DNA from: Octopus sinensis
Lineage: Eukaryota
DNA length: 64,000 nucleotides
Direction: 5' to 3'
Assembly: GCF_006345805.1 (NCBI RefSeq)
Contig: NC_043010.1
Coordinates: 17,422,001 to 17,486,000, forward strand
The translations under genes were made by a program, and so were the position numbers. The notes below the pieces were generated by a model. That model saw nothing but the letters and a program-made list of their open reading frames with translations, had not been told where the DNA came from and did not search any database. Positions 28,661 through 43,600 of the stretch are shown one piece after another (within the stretch, counting starts at the first letter, position 1; each line of letters starts with the position of its first letter).

Positions 28661-31600
28661 TGCACTCGGCTGAACTTAAATTTTTTACACATGAATAAAT
28701 AATTAGTATAATTTGATTAGACTGAGATTTGAAACCTTTCTGTCAATTTCCGTAATCTTCCAATATAAGAACAAACAAACAAAATACAAACCCTTTGTTT
28801 TTTTGCAAAATTATTGCCTATATGCAGCTCCAAAATAGTTGGAAGCAATTGTGAAAATTTCCAAGTTGTTTAAAACTATCCACACTTTTCAGTGCAGTTT
28901 TCACCTTTTCCTGGAAGTCCACACTGTGCATGCGCTGGGACAGTGATGCAGTCTTTGGAATTGATCAGCTCATTCTTGTATACTGGACTCCTCTGGTGCT
29001 GGTTATCTACAGCCATCAGCAAACAGCAGTTCCCCCAAAATTAGATGCTTAATCTTGATTTTTTGCTTGCAATCTGTAATGCTAAACAACTTGCTACCAT
29101 TTCTGTACCTAACACCAATTTCAGGTCAGGTTATGGTTCTCAAGATCTTTTGCGACATGACAGAAAAACATGATATAAAGAAGCTGCTAATCCATTTGTT
29201 CTTAACACTCACTGGCATGCATCATTTATTTAGTCGTGCTGTATGTACAAACATGGGCAGTGAGCAATATTTTGGGGGAGGTTTCTCTACAACCACCACG
29301 ATATCTTGTGTCAAAAAGCTTTTCATATCAACAAAAATCACACGCAGGGACTGATTCTGGTCTGTATACTTCTCTTTGATCTGTCTTACTGCAAAGATAT
29401 CAATAGCTTGTTTGCAGATAACCAAAGTAGTCAGCAGACTAAAATTATTAGTCTTCACACTAGCATAAAAATAATAATATAATAAATGAATTATTGTATA
29501 CAGTGCTCAGGTGCCCCACAACTTGTCAAAAGTGCATATAAGGCATATGCAATAATGTACAAATGTCTGGAAAGCGAACAGTGTATTAGTCAGATACATG
29601 TTTGCGTGTGTATGGAGGGGAGAAAATCAGATGTAGTGTTGGCAAATCTCAGGAAGCATGGAAGTTTTGTAGGATGCAGTGCTCCGACAACTAACAACTG
29701 AGGCTGGCAGTTTGTTCCATGCTTCACCAACAGAATTTGATCTTGGAACATAAAGCATTTTGCTTGGTGTTCTAAAAATTCTTGCAGATCGCTGCATTAA
29801 GATGGGTCCTTAATAATGAAATGAAATGATAATCACCAAGGTTGTGTTTTCTCATCAAGGCCAAGACTTTGAAATATTGGTGAATGGTTGGAAGAAAGAC
29901 TAACTTGTTTATATCAATGATTATAGTGACCTTGATAGTAGTGAAACTCTAAGCTTCCTTTGTTTGAGATTAACGAGCAACTTCTGGTTATAGTGAAATC
30001 CCTTAACAGATGTCCAGATGTTGGTGTTTAGCTAAAAGATGCCAAGTTAAAACCTTTCAACATGTCTAGGACTTGAGCAGGAATATTATTGTCACCACTT
30101 TTTCATAATTTTTATGACCTGGGTTGACATGTGCAGCCATTGTGGAGGTGGTATCGCAATCAGTGGTCGGCTGATACTTGCACACAACATTGTACTACTT
30201 GGCTCATCAGAAGATAATCTCCAGAATGCACTGAATGGGTTTGCTGCTGATTGATGCAAGGCAGTGATAGAATTAGGATTGCAAGACTTGAGACATTGGT
30301 CCTCTCCAAGAAAGTCTTCCCAGTGCAGTTTGTATCTTAGAGGAAAAGTTTAAATATCTCAGGGCCATATTCAGGAGTGATGGGATTCAGAAGGCTGAAT
30401 TGGATTCTGGAATTGCAGGTGCTGCCAGTTACAGGACTATATATATATATATAATACATATGTATTATATATGATGGGCTTCTTTCAGTTTCATCTACCA
30501 AATTCACACAAGGCCTTGGTCAGCCTTGAGTTATAGAAGACACTTACCCAAGGTTCTATCTCTCTCTCTCTCTCTCTCTGTATATATATATAATATATAT
30601 ATATATATAATATATATATTATATATATATATATATATATATTGCACTCGGCTGAACTTAAATTTTTTACACATGAATAAATAATTAGTATAATTTGATT
30701 AGACTGAGATTTGAAACCTTTCTGTCAATTTCCGTAATCTTCCAATATAAGAACAAACAAACAAAATACAAACCCTTTGTTTTTTGCAAAATTATTGCCT
30801 ATATGCAGCTCCAAAATAGTTTGAAGCAATTGTGAAAATTTCCAAGTTGTTTAAAACTATCCACACTTTTCAGTGCAGTTTTCACCTTTTCCTGGAAGTC
30901 CACACTGTGCATGCGCTGGGACAGTGATGCAGTCTTTGGAATTGATCAGCTCATTCTTGTATACTGGACTCCTCTGGTGCTGGTTATCTACAGCCATCAG
31001 CAAACAGCAGTTCCCCCAAAATTAGATGCTTAATCTTGATTTTTTGCTTGCAATCTGTAATGCTAAACAACTTGCTACCATTTCTGTACCTAACACCAAT
31101 TTCAGGTCAGGTTATGGTTCTCAAGATCTTTTGCGACATGACAGAAAAACATGATAATAAAGAGAAGCTGCTAATCCATTTGTTCTTAACACTCACTGGC
31201 ATGCATCATTTATTTAGTCGTGCTGTATGTACAAACATGGGCAGTGAGCAATATTTTGGGGGAGGTTTCTCTACAAACCACCACGATATCTTGTGTCAAA
31301 AAGCTTTTCATATCAACAAAAATCACACGCAGGGACTGATTCTGGTCTGTATACTTCTCTTTGATCTGTCTTACTGCAAAGATATCAATAGCTTGTTTGC
31401 AGATAACCAAAGTAGTCAGCAGACTAAAATTATTAGTCTTCACACTAGCATAAAAATAATAATATAATAATAATGAAATTATTGTATACAGTGCTCAGGT
31501 GCCCCACAACTTGTCAAAAGTGCATATAAGGCATATGCAATAATGTACAAATGTCTGGAAAGCGAACAGTGTATTAGTCAGATACATGTTTGCGTGTGTA

Positions 31601-34600
31601 TGGAGGGGAGAAAATCAGATGTAGTGTTGGCAAATCTCAGGAAGCATGGAAGTTTTGTAGGATGCAGTGCTCCGACAACTAACAACTGAGGCTGGCAGTT
31701 TGTTCCATGCTTCACCAACTCTTAGCGTGAAAAAATGTTTCCGAAAGTCATGGGAGCCGTGCTGTTTTCTGACTTTGTAAATATGTCCATGGGTGTTAGA
31801 CAGGTGGAGTTTGAAAAGGTGCTCAGAGTTATTGTTTGTAAGATGGTTAATAATTTTATGGGTGTCTGCCAAGTCAGCTGCCAGATGTCGGAGTTTCAAT
31901 GTGTCCATGCCCAGGGAAGTAAGGCGTTCAGAATATGGCAAATCCCTGATGGAGGGTATTCTCTTGGCTGCATTCTCATTGTTTAGACAGGAAGGAATTG
32001 GGGGAGGATTTTATAACTGGATACTTTTTCTGTTGCCAAACCTTACCTGTTTTTCAAATAAGGGATTTTTCTTTCTGTTTTTCTGTTGTAGAGGAATTTG
32101 AAAGTGCAGGTCTAGAAAATGGTTAGTTGGTAGCAAATAACAAATGTCTCCATTTGTAGTTTAATGTGTTTTGGCTGTAAGCATTCACACCATTATATAC
32201 TCCTCCACACACACACACACACACGCGCTATATGGTTAAGAAATTTGTTTCCCCACCTCATAGTTTTGGGTTCAGGCCACCCAAAGTCTTTGGTGAGTGA
32301 GAATAAAATCTCAGCTGGAATTTTAAAGGGATCCTCCCACATTGAATGGCATAAATGTCTGTTTATACCACATATATATGCCAGGCAAAAAGGGTCAAAC
32401 CAGTTTTAGTCTGGTTAAATAGCGATGATTGTGGTTTTGGAGTGACTATGTCAACCAGTTTACCTGCATTTTTTTCAATATAACTTTTTTGTTATTTGTC
32501 CCTCCTTTCTTAGAAACGATGATTCATATAAAATAGAAAGGTGTTGGAGTACTGAAGACACCGCTGTTAGTCTCACCTTCATGCTTCATTCATTTAAAGT
32601 GGAAATGCTTCATGTTTAAAATATTGCACTCGGCTGAACTTAAATTTTTTACCAACCAAACAGCCCTCCCCTCCCATTAACATAAAATTCTGATTTATTT
32701 GAGGTTGTTATAAAAAGGAGTTTTTCTCTAATTGTCAATACTAAATGAACCAGACAAACTGAAGCTGTGGTCTGCCAATCCCTGGTTCAAATGATTGATA
32801 AATATTTATACAAACGGTCCTGAAGTATGCAGTCTAAAGAAAAAACTGTCTTATTTTTTCGTTAGTTATCTCTAAAATTATTAATTGTGGGCAATTAATT
32901 AATTTATAGCTGTTCTATTAACTAGTTTCTTGAAGTTAAAATTAAAATTCTCTTCGATCCTTTCCTTGCCGTGAAAAAACCTGATTAGAATATTTTTTGT
33001 TATTTAATTAAGAGAAGAAAAAAAGGATGTATTCAGTTAAAATAAAAGACCAGTTTCTTTTGTTCTTTGATTGATTCTGGTCATGCTGGAATACTGGCTT
33101 ATTTTTGTTTAGAATTGAACTTTTCAAGCAGTTCCACATAATATTTTATAATTTAAAGTTCACAGTTCAATTGCAGGTAAAGTCTTGTTCCATTTTCTTA
33201 TCAAAAATAAAGCCCAGGATATAATAATGAATGTTGAAGTGAGAGAGAGAGAGGGAAAGGAAGGGGTAGGAGTAATTAGACGATGTCATTCTAGGAAGTA
33301 TCCATTATATAGTTTCCCCCCAACCTTTTCAAATGATACTTCCTGTTTTTAATTAAATCTTTAATTATAAGCCTCTGTAATTATTGTTAGCATTTAGTCT
33401 GTTATCAACACTGCCATTACTTTCACCATACATATTACAATTGTAAAGCTTTTAATTGTTGTCATTACTGCTAATTATGAAATGAATTCCATCCATCAAG
33501 AATATTTTTTCTATCATCTTGATAATTTTCACTGTCAACAGCATTCATTTATACACAATCTTCTCACCAATCATCCTTAGTTTCAATAAATTGTGTATAC
33601 TGTGTTTAATAACTTTGGATCCTGTTGGTCAATTGCTAAATACTTTCTCAGATTGAGGGTCTAAACAAAATCTGATGTGATTATTATCTGCAGTTCCTGC
33701 TTGCTTACGTCTTTGAATGTTCAGTCTTTCTGTAGAGTATGACAGTTGTGTGTGTTGTATAACTGCAGAAAATTACAAATGTATAATATCAGGTGCTGTA
33801 ATAAAAAGTACAAGTGGGAGTTTGCACGTAAAGCAAAGAATTCTTTCTACTAAAGGCACAACCCCTGAAATGTTGCGGAGGATTACATTGGCTCCTTTGC
33901 TCAACTAGTATTCATTTTATTGACCCCTAAAAGAGATGAAAGCCAAACTCAACCGTGGCAGAATTTAAACCTAGATTGTCAAGCTGGAAGAAATGCTGCT
34001 AAGCATTTTGTCTGGTGTGCTAACAATTCTAGCAGCTTGTTGCCTTGGAGTGAAGAATAATGGTAAACTAAAGATGCATCAGTAAGGTCTCTAAGAAGAC
34101 TTCTTTTCCAAACAGTCCCACAGAGATGTGATTTGGCAAAACCTCTTTACATCTCAACACTATTCTGTACAGCAGGTAAAAGGAGTTAAGTATAATGTTT
34201 GCCTAACAAAATCCACTCCTAAACCTCATACAGATTCTTCCCCCATCTGTGTAGACATTAAAGAAATCTTTAAAAAGGCTTATTTTAAATTCACATATTC
34301 CTTGTTGATAGCCAACATGGCTTCTGTCTCTCGGTTCTCAACTAAACTGTAAATAACCCATCTGTTACTCACTTCTCAACTCTTGTGTTAAAACCCAAGA
34401 TTAAAGTCAGTTTAAGCAAGATTTTAATTTATTTAATTTATTTGCCATCATCCCTTGAGCTATAAAGATATGATTCAATATTTAAAACAACAATTAAATT
34501 CCCTCGTGACAATTCCACTGTTGTCGTTATAATAATGCAGTTTTACTGAAATAAAATTATTACACATCAACATTCATTAGATTCTCTTTGTTAATTCTGA

Positions 34601-37600
34601 GCCAAAGAAAACTTCCATAAAACACCATTGTAATCCACTAATAAAACATTTGATTTAGTCTTTTATTGCCTGTTCATTAAAAATGCATTTCTAATAAAAT
34701 GCTCCAGCATGACCCTATCTGAATGACTGGAGTCAGTCAAATTGAAAAGAAATATCCCTTAATATTAACCTTGTAAAACAGGTATTCTTTAAAAATAGAT
34801 ATTTGTATATCTTCCATCAGTTCCCATATCTCAAACATCTTGCTTCTCTAGGCTTTGACACACCAAAGCTTCAACCTCTGGCAGCAGCTAAACCGATGGA
34901 AGTCCACAAGACTATCCACCATCTTTCCAGCAACAACTTTAGACCATTTTTTTCAATTCGGTACTTCTACTGCCCTTGTGGACATACTTATAAAATTCAA
35001 AATGTATGCAGCACCCATGACTTTTGGAAACATTTTCACATGTTCAGTATTATCGAAGCATGGAATATAAACTACATACGTCGGATGTTAGTTGTCAGAA
35101 CACTGCATTGTTCAAGAATTCCCTGCTTCCTAAAATTCACCAACATTATTCCTAATATGTCCATCTTTTACTGTTCACTTTTCTTTCACGTTGTGTTTTA
35201 TTCTGTCTTATTATGTTGGTACTTTTTGGTTCTCATTGCTGTCTTTCTTTGCTTGGTTTCTCTCTACTTTCTCATTCCTCCTTTATTCTTTCCCAATGAA
35301 TTTCAGTGCAGCTGAGCATTCTATACAGAAAGCTCAATTATCATTATTTGGATATACTTTTTAGAATCTATTTTGTCAGAGCAATTTCGTATCATCTATT
35401 CACTGAGTTAGATTTTATCTGTTCCAGGTTAACAGGTTTTCCTTTTAGAAATAAAAACCAAGGGTTTCTTTAAACATTTATCACTGATTTTCATTAAAGA
35501 CACACACAATCTAAAAACAGTCTCAGAATTTATTTTTTTCCTTATTTTGTGGAAAATGTGAAATAAAGAAAGAAGAAATCTTTAAAGGAAATTAGGTGGA
35601 AATAAAGTAAATTAAGTTTTATTTATAATTTGAGGTAATCAAAAGTTGAAATGTTTCAGGTTGGGGTGATCTGTTAAAGAAATTCCTTAACTGTGCGGAT
35701 TTAGGTGGTTGTGCTAATCAAGTGAAGGCACATGGCTTAATGGTTAAGGGCATTTGGCATACGATCCTAAGGTTGATTGATACCTGGTAGGGCATTGTTT
35801 CCTTGAGCAAGACACTTTATTTCACATTGCCTCCAGTCCACTCAGCTGGCCAAAATGAGTTGTACCTGTAATTCAGCAGGGGCCAGCCTTGTCACATTCT
35901 GTGTGTCTCAGTCTGAACCACTTGCATGTTAATTTCACAAGCAGGCTGTTCTGTTTATCAGATGAACAGGAACAGTGATCATTGTAACCAGTGCAGTGCC
36001 AAGCAACAATAATCACTTTGTCTGGACTCCCTGCCTTGTTACTTGGCATTTTTGCTAAGTCTTTGCAATTATGTTGCAGCAAAACGATTGCATTCCGCTG
36101 GCAAGCTGATTGTCTTTGTAACGACCTTCTTTCTTTTGGCACAATGGCTACTTTCTCCCGTTCACTTCTCTGATATATTAGTTGTGACTAGGAGTAAGAG
36201 AGAGACATTGAAGCAACATGTTGGCCTGGGCTGATATATGTGCCCTTCGGTAAGTCTAACTGTCTCTGCAATCCTTTCGGTAAACGAAGTTGCTGGGCAA
36301 CAAAGATAAGGTGATATTCTGAAAACCACAATGAAAACTAGATTGGTCGAATATAAAATGGAAACTAATCATCCTTCTTTGATTGTATCTTTGGTCTGCT
36401 GTGCTGTTAGTTTTGTCACTCTCCTGAGGAGAATATCCTATGGAAAATGGTACTTGTTAGTTTTCTCCCAACTTCCTGTAACTGTTTATTTCCATTAACA
36501 GGAATTGATAGGAATATGAAGTAGGACTTGAGTAGGTTGCCAGCTGGTACCTATCTAGTTTGTTCTTCATTTAATATGCCACTCTTAACAGTCAATGATA
36601 TGACATCCATATCTTAAAATACAGGGGCAATATATCTGTATCTTAAGTGCATTCACCATGTTTAAGGACATGTTGGGAATAACGACCTCAAGCAGGGAGT
36701 GTGTGGTAGGGTGGGTTAACCAAGTTAAGAGTTGTTTTCAGCTTTCTCTTCTGTCTGTTCTATTTAAGACAAAGATACATTGAGGTAGAACTGCTGCTAC
36801 CCATCTACTAGAATGTCTGTTCCTTTGTGATGCTGTTTTTGTAAGGTCCTAATGCCATGTAATTTTTACAATCCTAACATTGCATTCATAGTAACAACAG
36901 GGCTAGTTGGGTCTGTGGAAGATCGTGGCTGTTGATCCTACAAGGATGTGATAGGTTTTAGTCAGAACATATTCTTGTTTATACACTGAAGGAGATTTTT
37001 AAAGCCAAGTATTTTATGTAAGCCAACTAGAGATCTTATCATCTCAAGGATAGGACATCATCGTCATCACCATATTTTTGTTTTAAAGATATTAATTTTT
37101 GAATATTGCTATTGAAAATAAAAATTTCCAAAAACTTTTCTTTCAGATTGAAACTATAGTGCGGCCATTCAAGCTTAATGACATGAATTACCGGGAAATA
37201 ATGCATTTGATGATAGAGAAGTTTAAGGAGGGTTTGAGTGCAAAGACAAACCCAATAGCTACTGTGAAAATGTTTCCAACATATGTCCGATCAACTCCGA
37301 AAGGAACAGGTAATATTAACGATTTACATATTTAATTTTTATTATCTTTTATTTTTTTCTAAATGTTTTTTTAAATCAATCATGACCTGCATGCCTCCTA
37401 AATTTGCAAGGAAATCAATATAACAAATGGTTTCAGCTATTTCTGATTTATGATTTCAAATCTGTAAAAAGTGATTCGTTGTTCATGAGTTGGAATTGCT
37501 GTAGGCTAGTCTTCTACTATCCAGGGAGATATTTGTTTTCCCTTAAGTGCCATAGACATTTTATATATCATCACCTATTTCTTTACTACCCACAAGGGGC

Positions 37601-40600
37601 CAAACACAGAGAGGACAAACAAGGACAGGCAAACAGATTAAGTTGATTATATCAACCCCAATGCGTAACTGATATTTATTTCATCAACCCCGAAAGGATT
37701 AAAGGCAAAGTCGACTTCGGCAGAATTTGAACTCAGAACGTAGCAGCAGACGATATACTGCTGAGCATTTCGCACGGCGTGCTAACGTTTTTGCCAGCTC
37801 GCTGCCTTTATATATCATCACCTTCATCCTTTAACATCCATCTTCCATACTGGCATGGATCAAGTGCTTTGCCAAAATTTGACATTCAAAGGCTGCATCA
37901 TGCTTCAGTTTTGGCAAAGTTTCTATGGTTGGTTGCCCTTCCTGGTGCCAACTGTTTTACAAAGTGCACTGGGTGCATTTTTTCGTGGAACCAGCCTTAA
38001 TGAGATCACCGTGTAGCTTGCAAGACTAAGTGCCTTTTTAAGTAAGTGGGGCTACAACAGAGAGAAGGCAGTTTTATTGCGAGGAGATGAGAATGGACCA
38101 GAACTAAGCACGTTTCTAACTGCAGAGGAGAGATACGTGGCTGTTCACTTGTGATACACAAGTAATTGGACCGGAACTGGAGGAGAGAAAAATAGTGAAT
38201 GTGGTATCAGTGATGCTTCATCAACATCTAAAGGTTATAAGATGGAAGTGTGAAAGAGCGGGGGATGGTTAGAGATGGGGAATGAGTGAAGTGAAATGGG
38301 GATGTGTGTGTGTTACTGTTTATAAATGAGTTAACTCACCCCTACATTCCTCAGTTTCCAAGTAAGGGCATGCAAGCATTTTATGTCGACTGAACTTTCA
38401 GGATTGTGGGCCTGAATCAACCATTAATAAATAGATTTAGCTTTGAGGGCATTTTTCTCACTTGTATGTATTTCTTTACTACCCACAAGGGGCTAAACAT
38501 ATAGGGGACAAACAAGGACAGACAAAGGGATTAAGTCGATTACATCGACCCCGAAAGGATGAAAGGCAAAGTCGACCTTGGCGGAATTCGAACTCAGAAT
38601 GTAGTGGCAGACGAAATACTGCTGAGCATTTCGCCCAGCGTGCTAACGTTTTTGCCAGCTCCCCCCGCCTTTATTTTTCTCACTTGTATACTCACTTTGT
38701 ACATGTGCATGTATCGCCATTGTTTTAATTTCCACTTTTCCATGTTGTTCTGGACCACACGATTCATTGTGACAGATTTCTACAGCTCACGCTGATGCCA
38801 CCTCTTGTCTCTGTTTCCAAGCAAAGTATTATCTTGCCACTAATCTTCAAGACATGATTTTACAGATTCGCAAATGAATGAGCCTGCTTTTGTATGCCAG
38901 GGACATTGGTTTACACTTTTGGGGGCAACGGTGTGGAGTATTGCACAAGGGACATCACCCTGATTGCTCCAGTAAAACAGAATGCGAGGGAAATGGTGGT
39001 GTTCTGCATCAAAGTTATTTTAATAATTGACCCTGTGGGATAGATTTTGTGGGGACTTGCAGGGGGCTGTGCTAACCTTGGATCATAGAGTGACCCGCTG
39101 TTCATGAAGAGACCTATTGTGTCAAGTACGTCAACACCAACATCAAAATAAAAATCAAATGGAAATTGTAGTTAAGACAGCTGTGCCGGTGACACATAAA
39201 AAGCACCGCCCGAACGTGGCAGATGCCAGTGCCGCCTGACTGGTGTCCGTATCGGTGACACGTAAAACCACCAACTGATCGTGGCCGTTTGCCAGCCTCC
39301 CCCGGCCCCTGTGCTGGTGGCATGTAAAAAGTACCCACTACACTCACAGAGTTAGGGAGGGCATCCAGCTGTAGAAACACTGCCAGATCAGACTGGAGCC
39401 TGGCACAGCCTCCTGGCTTCCCAGACCCCGGTCAAACCGTCCAACCCATGCTAGCATGGAAAACGGACATTAAACGATGATGATGATGACGTTGGTTGAC
39501 TTGGCTTTACATTGCTCGAAGTGTTGTTGATGTAAAGGCACACATGTATGTTATAACCAGAACCCTCCTTTGGAGAGAGAAAAAAAATGTCCTGTGATTA
39601 TTAAAGGAGGAGGAGGGAGAGGTGACAAGTGTGGGTGGAGGGAGTCAACCTCCGCCCTCGTCCTTCCTCATCACTCCATTTATCTTTCCATCCTTCCTTC
39701 TCACACTAATCCATCATCATCATTTAACATCCGTCTTCCATGCTGGCATGGGTTGGACATTCTGACAGGAGCTGGCAAACCAGAGGACTGCCCCAACCTA
39801 CATGGTTTCTATGGCTGGATGCCCTTCCTCATGCCAACCACTTTACAGAATGGACATTTTGCATGGCACCAGCACTGCTGTAATCCATTTAACATTCAAA
39901 GCTAGTCAACCTCTTTTGTTCCTCATTTTGTCATATTTATTCTGCTGTTTGGTTTCTCGTTGGTCTGATGAGGAAATTCGTTTTTTTTCTTAATTTACAG
40001 TTGAGATATTAACAATAAGAAAGAGCAATCGGCCCAACATGTCAAAAACCTTAAAACTAAACTGACCATCCAGACAAGACTAATAGCCACACCATCTTTG
40101 TCTAATTAATCTACAAATAGCCAGATAAATCCCTGTCATTTCACAATGCTCTTCATCATTGTTTTAACATCCACTTTTCCATGTTTGCATGGGTTAGACA
40201 AAGTTTTACTGAGGCAGATTTTTTCTGAACTCCTTTACCTCTGTTACACAATGTAAAGACTAGAGTTAACACTCTCATACATGTATACACACACACACAC
40301 ACACACACATTCAACAGGCTTCTCTCTCTTATTTCTATTTACCAAATTCATTTACAAGGCTTTGGTCAGCCCAGTGCAATAGAAGAAGGCACTCACCCAA
40401 GATGTCACACTGTGGAATGGATCCCAAAGCTATGTGGCTGGGAAGTAAACTTCTTAACCACACACCCAGCCTTACCCTTAGAACACTAAACTCCCTCTCA
40501 TACCCACTCGATCAAAAGATACACATCAGAATCATGACAGTCTCCCTATTATACTTTGTCCAAAATCTGCCCTGTTTCTTGCAACCATTTTGAATGGCTT

Positions 40601-43600
40601 CTTAAAATGAGATCTTTTGTGTCCTCAACATCCCTAAATGTCTCTGTCTGCCAGACTCACCATGAGTCTCCTTCACTCATTCAACATGATGTGACAGTCT
40701 TTGGCTGCCAACCAACATTATCCCAGAACACAGCGAATGCTGATGTCTTTTGTGTGTCAATTCAATATCTGCCTCTCCATTGCTTGCTCTGGCTTCAGTT
40801 GAATTTGAATAAAAATACCCAATGGCTATCACATAAATGATCCCCAGCAATTTTTCTCCCTGAATAAGACTTTGTGGATTTCACTTAAATCTTTTTCCAG
40901 AGCACATCATCCATTGCACTACATTCACATCATACATTTCCATCAAACATCATTTGCTTATATCATACAGCCTGTCTAACATTGAACTTGAAGTTGTGAT
41001 CATCAGAAGCAATGACTGACAATGAAACAGAAAACTTTATCAATATAGGCATAGGAGTGGCTGTGTGGTAAGTAGCTTGCTTACGAACCACATGGTTCCG
41101 GGTTCAGTCCCACTGCGTGGCACCTTGGGCAAATGTCTTCTACTATAGCCTTGGGCCGACCAAAGCCTTGTGAGTGGATTTGGTAGATAGAAACTGAAAG
41201 AAGATCATTGTATATATGCATGTGTGTGTATATGTTTGTGTGTCTGTGTTTGTCCCCCCAACATCGCTTGACAAGCGGTTTGGCAAGAGACCGATAGGCT
41301 TACAAAGAATAAATCCTGGAGTCAATTTGCTCGACTAAAGGCGGTGCTCCAGCATGGCCGCAGTCAAATGACTGAAGTAAGTAAAAAAAAAAAAGTGTAT
41401 ATAATATGGAGTATTAAGCTCATTCTTGTAATTGCTGCTAAACAATGGTGAACTGCTTGGTATGATTAGACTGTAATAATTTTTAAAATGAGACAGCTTC
41501 TTCCATGTGAATGCTCTCCAAGTAAGACATACAAAGTGATTCAGAAATCCCTTTATTATTTAAATGACACAAATATTAAAACACTAAACAGACTCACCCT
41601 GTATAACCTTTACTGCCAAGAGAAATTGCTCCAGCTCCCCTGAGCTGAAGACCACTAAATATTACTTCTAATATTAATGATTGGACAAAGTGGTCTTGAG
41701 TTGTATGTTTTGGCTTTTAAACAGAAATATGCTATCTTACAACGGTGGGTCTTTTAGCCTATGTTGACAACTTTTCTTTCTTCAGTTACTGACATGATCG
41801 CTGGTGAAACCCATATTGGAGTACGGGATTGAAGCCTCTTCTCCTTATCTCCTCAAAGACATACATCATCTTGAAAGAGTCCAGAAGCTGGCTACCCGCA
41901 TGGTTCTTGGTCTCAAGCATTTGTCTTATGAAGAAAGGCTGAAGACGCTTGACCTTTATTCTCTCGAAAAACACCGCCGCTGTGGTAATCTCATTGTCAC
42001 TCACAACAGCATAAGCGGAAAGTGTAACCTCTTGAAAGAGCTGTTCTTCACTCCTGCTCCAGAGCGTGGGCTGCAGGGTCACTCCGAAAAGCTCTATCTA
42101 TGACAATTTCATCTCAGTTGAAGGAGAGGGGCTTTCTCCTTCCGGATTGCGGATCCGTGGAATAAGCTGCTGGACGAGATAGTGAAGATGCCGATGACCG
42201 CTCGGTTCAAAGTCTCTCTTGACCAGAAATGGCCTGAACTCTTTGTATGACCACCCTCCCTGTACATAACTCCCTGTCCCCCTACATGGCCTTGCTTTTG
42301 CTTTTTGAGCCAATAAAAATTGAATTGAATTGAAAATGTCTAACAACTCAAAACTCACAGCAAACAATCCAAACTAATAACTTTTTTAATGTCCTCCACT
42401 CTGTTTCCTTTCCCGCCATTAAGCTTTCTACATGAATTATTGGAGCCCCCCCCTTTTTTTATTTTTTAGATTTCAGTCACATGAATGGTTTCTTGACCTT
42501 GGAAAGATCACTAAAAGTTACCAATTTTGATATTAGAAAAGCTTTCAAATTTGTCTGCAATGAAAATCTGTCTACAAAATCTTCCTCTCTATGATCTTTA
42601 TTCGTTGTTTAAGTTTCAAGTTTATCACAAGATTGCTTTACCATAATATTGGGAATAAAATTTTCCCCGATCCCGCTTTCCTCACACCTTGTTTCACCTT
42701 CCCACATTAAGCAATTTGTTGTTACCTCTGACTCTGTGTTTCTTTCTTTGGTAACACCATTCGACACTCTTTAGTCACCCCCCCAACCTCAGTCATTCAT
42801 AGTTGACACCCGTCACCAGATTTGCACAAAGGGACCTAGACCATATTTGCCAGTGGAGATTCAGCCATGGGCCAGTTATACATCTCAATTAAGCAGATCC
42901 TCAACTCTACGTTTTCACTGTTTGCATGTGTAAATCAAACAACTAAACCCTTCACACCCTTCCTTATCTCTCCTGGATTTTCTTGAGACAAACAGATATC
43001 ACACAGGTTACTTAATTTTTTTTCTATTTCCCCAGAGTTATAAAATATTCCACCCTGAAGCTTCCACTTTTATCCTGGACTATATCCTTAAAAAAAAAAA
43101 CTCATCTAAAGAAAATCCAACCTTTATTCACAAATACTTCACATCATCAGATCATCACTGAGCCGTGTCTTTTCTGCCGATGGCTTCGCATGCCTTGAAA
43201 TTTGTTGAATGTTTCTCTCTTGCCGACAAAAATCCAATTCACTTACTCCTTTATTCATCTCTACATCACTCTTCTTTCAACCTCACATTAACCCATTAGC
43301 TTTTAAACTGACCATATCCGGTTTAAATGTTCTTGTTACGTGTTCAAACTGGTCAGATATGGATTCTCTTACACCTATCCTACCATGTATCTCAAAATAT
43401 TCGTTAACATAATTGAAATCTCGAAGCTATGAGACAATGCAAGATTAATTCAAACCAATGCGAATAAAATAAGCATTACATTTGAGAAAAGTAATGTGAA
43501 TGCTAAAGTGATTAAACACTGCTTTCACTCCTCAAACTGCAAGACTCTCAAGATTATCTCTGTCTCTGCTTTCTTTTTCATCCATTCATCATTATTATCA

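Larger units (their letters stand above)
27781..31715. repeat. ~1.97 kb direct tandem duplication (27781-29727 and 29728-31715)
   Basis: Both copies start caacagaatttgatcttggaac and end ttccatgcttcac; 4 bp CAAC microhomology at the junction; duplicated ORFs in the track (29055/31036, 29222/31210). Confidence 0.95.

Noticed and set aside
36050-36800. Possible very old retroelement coding remnant (similar impressions at ~20860-21230 and ~42530-43260)
   Set aside because: No motif could be read reliably by eye
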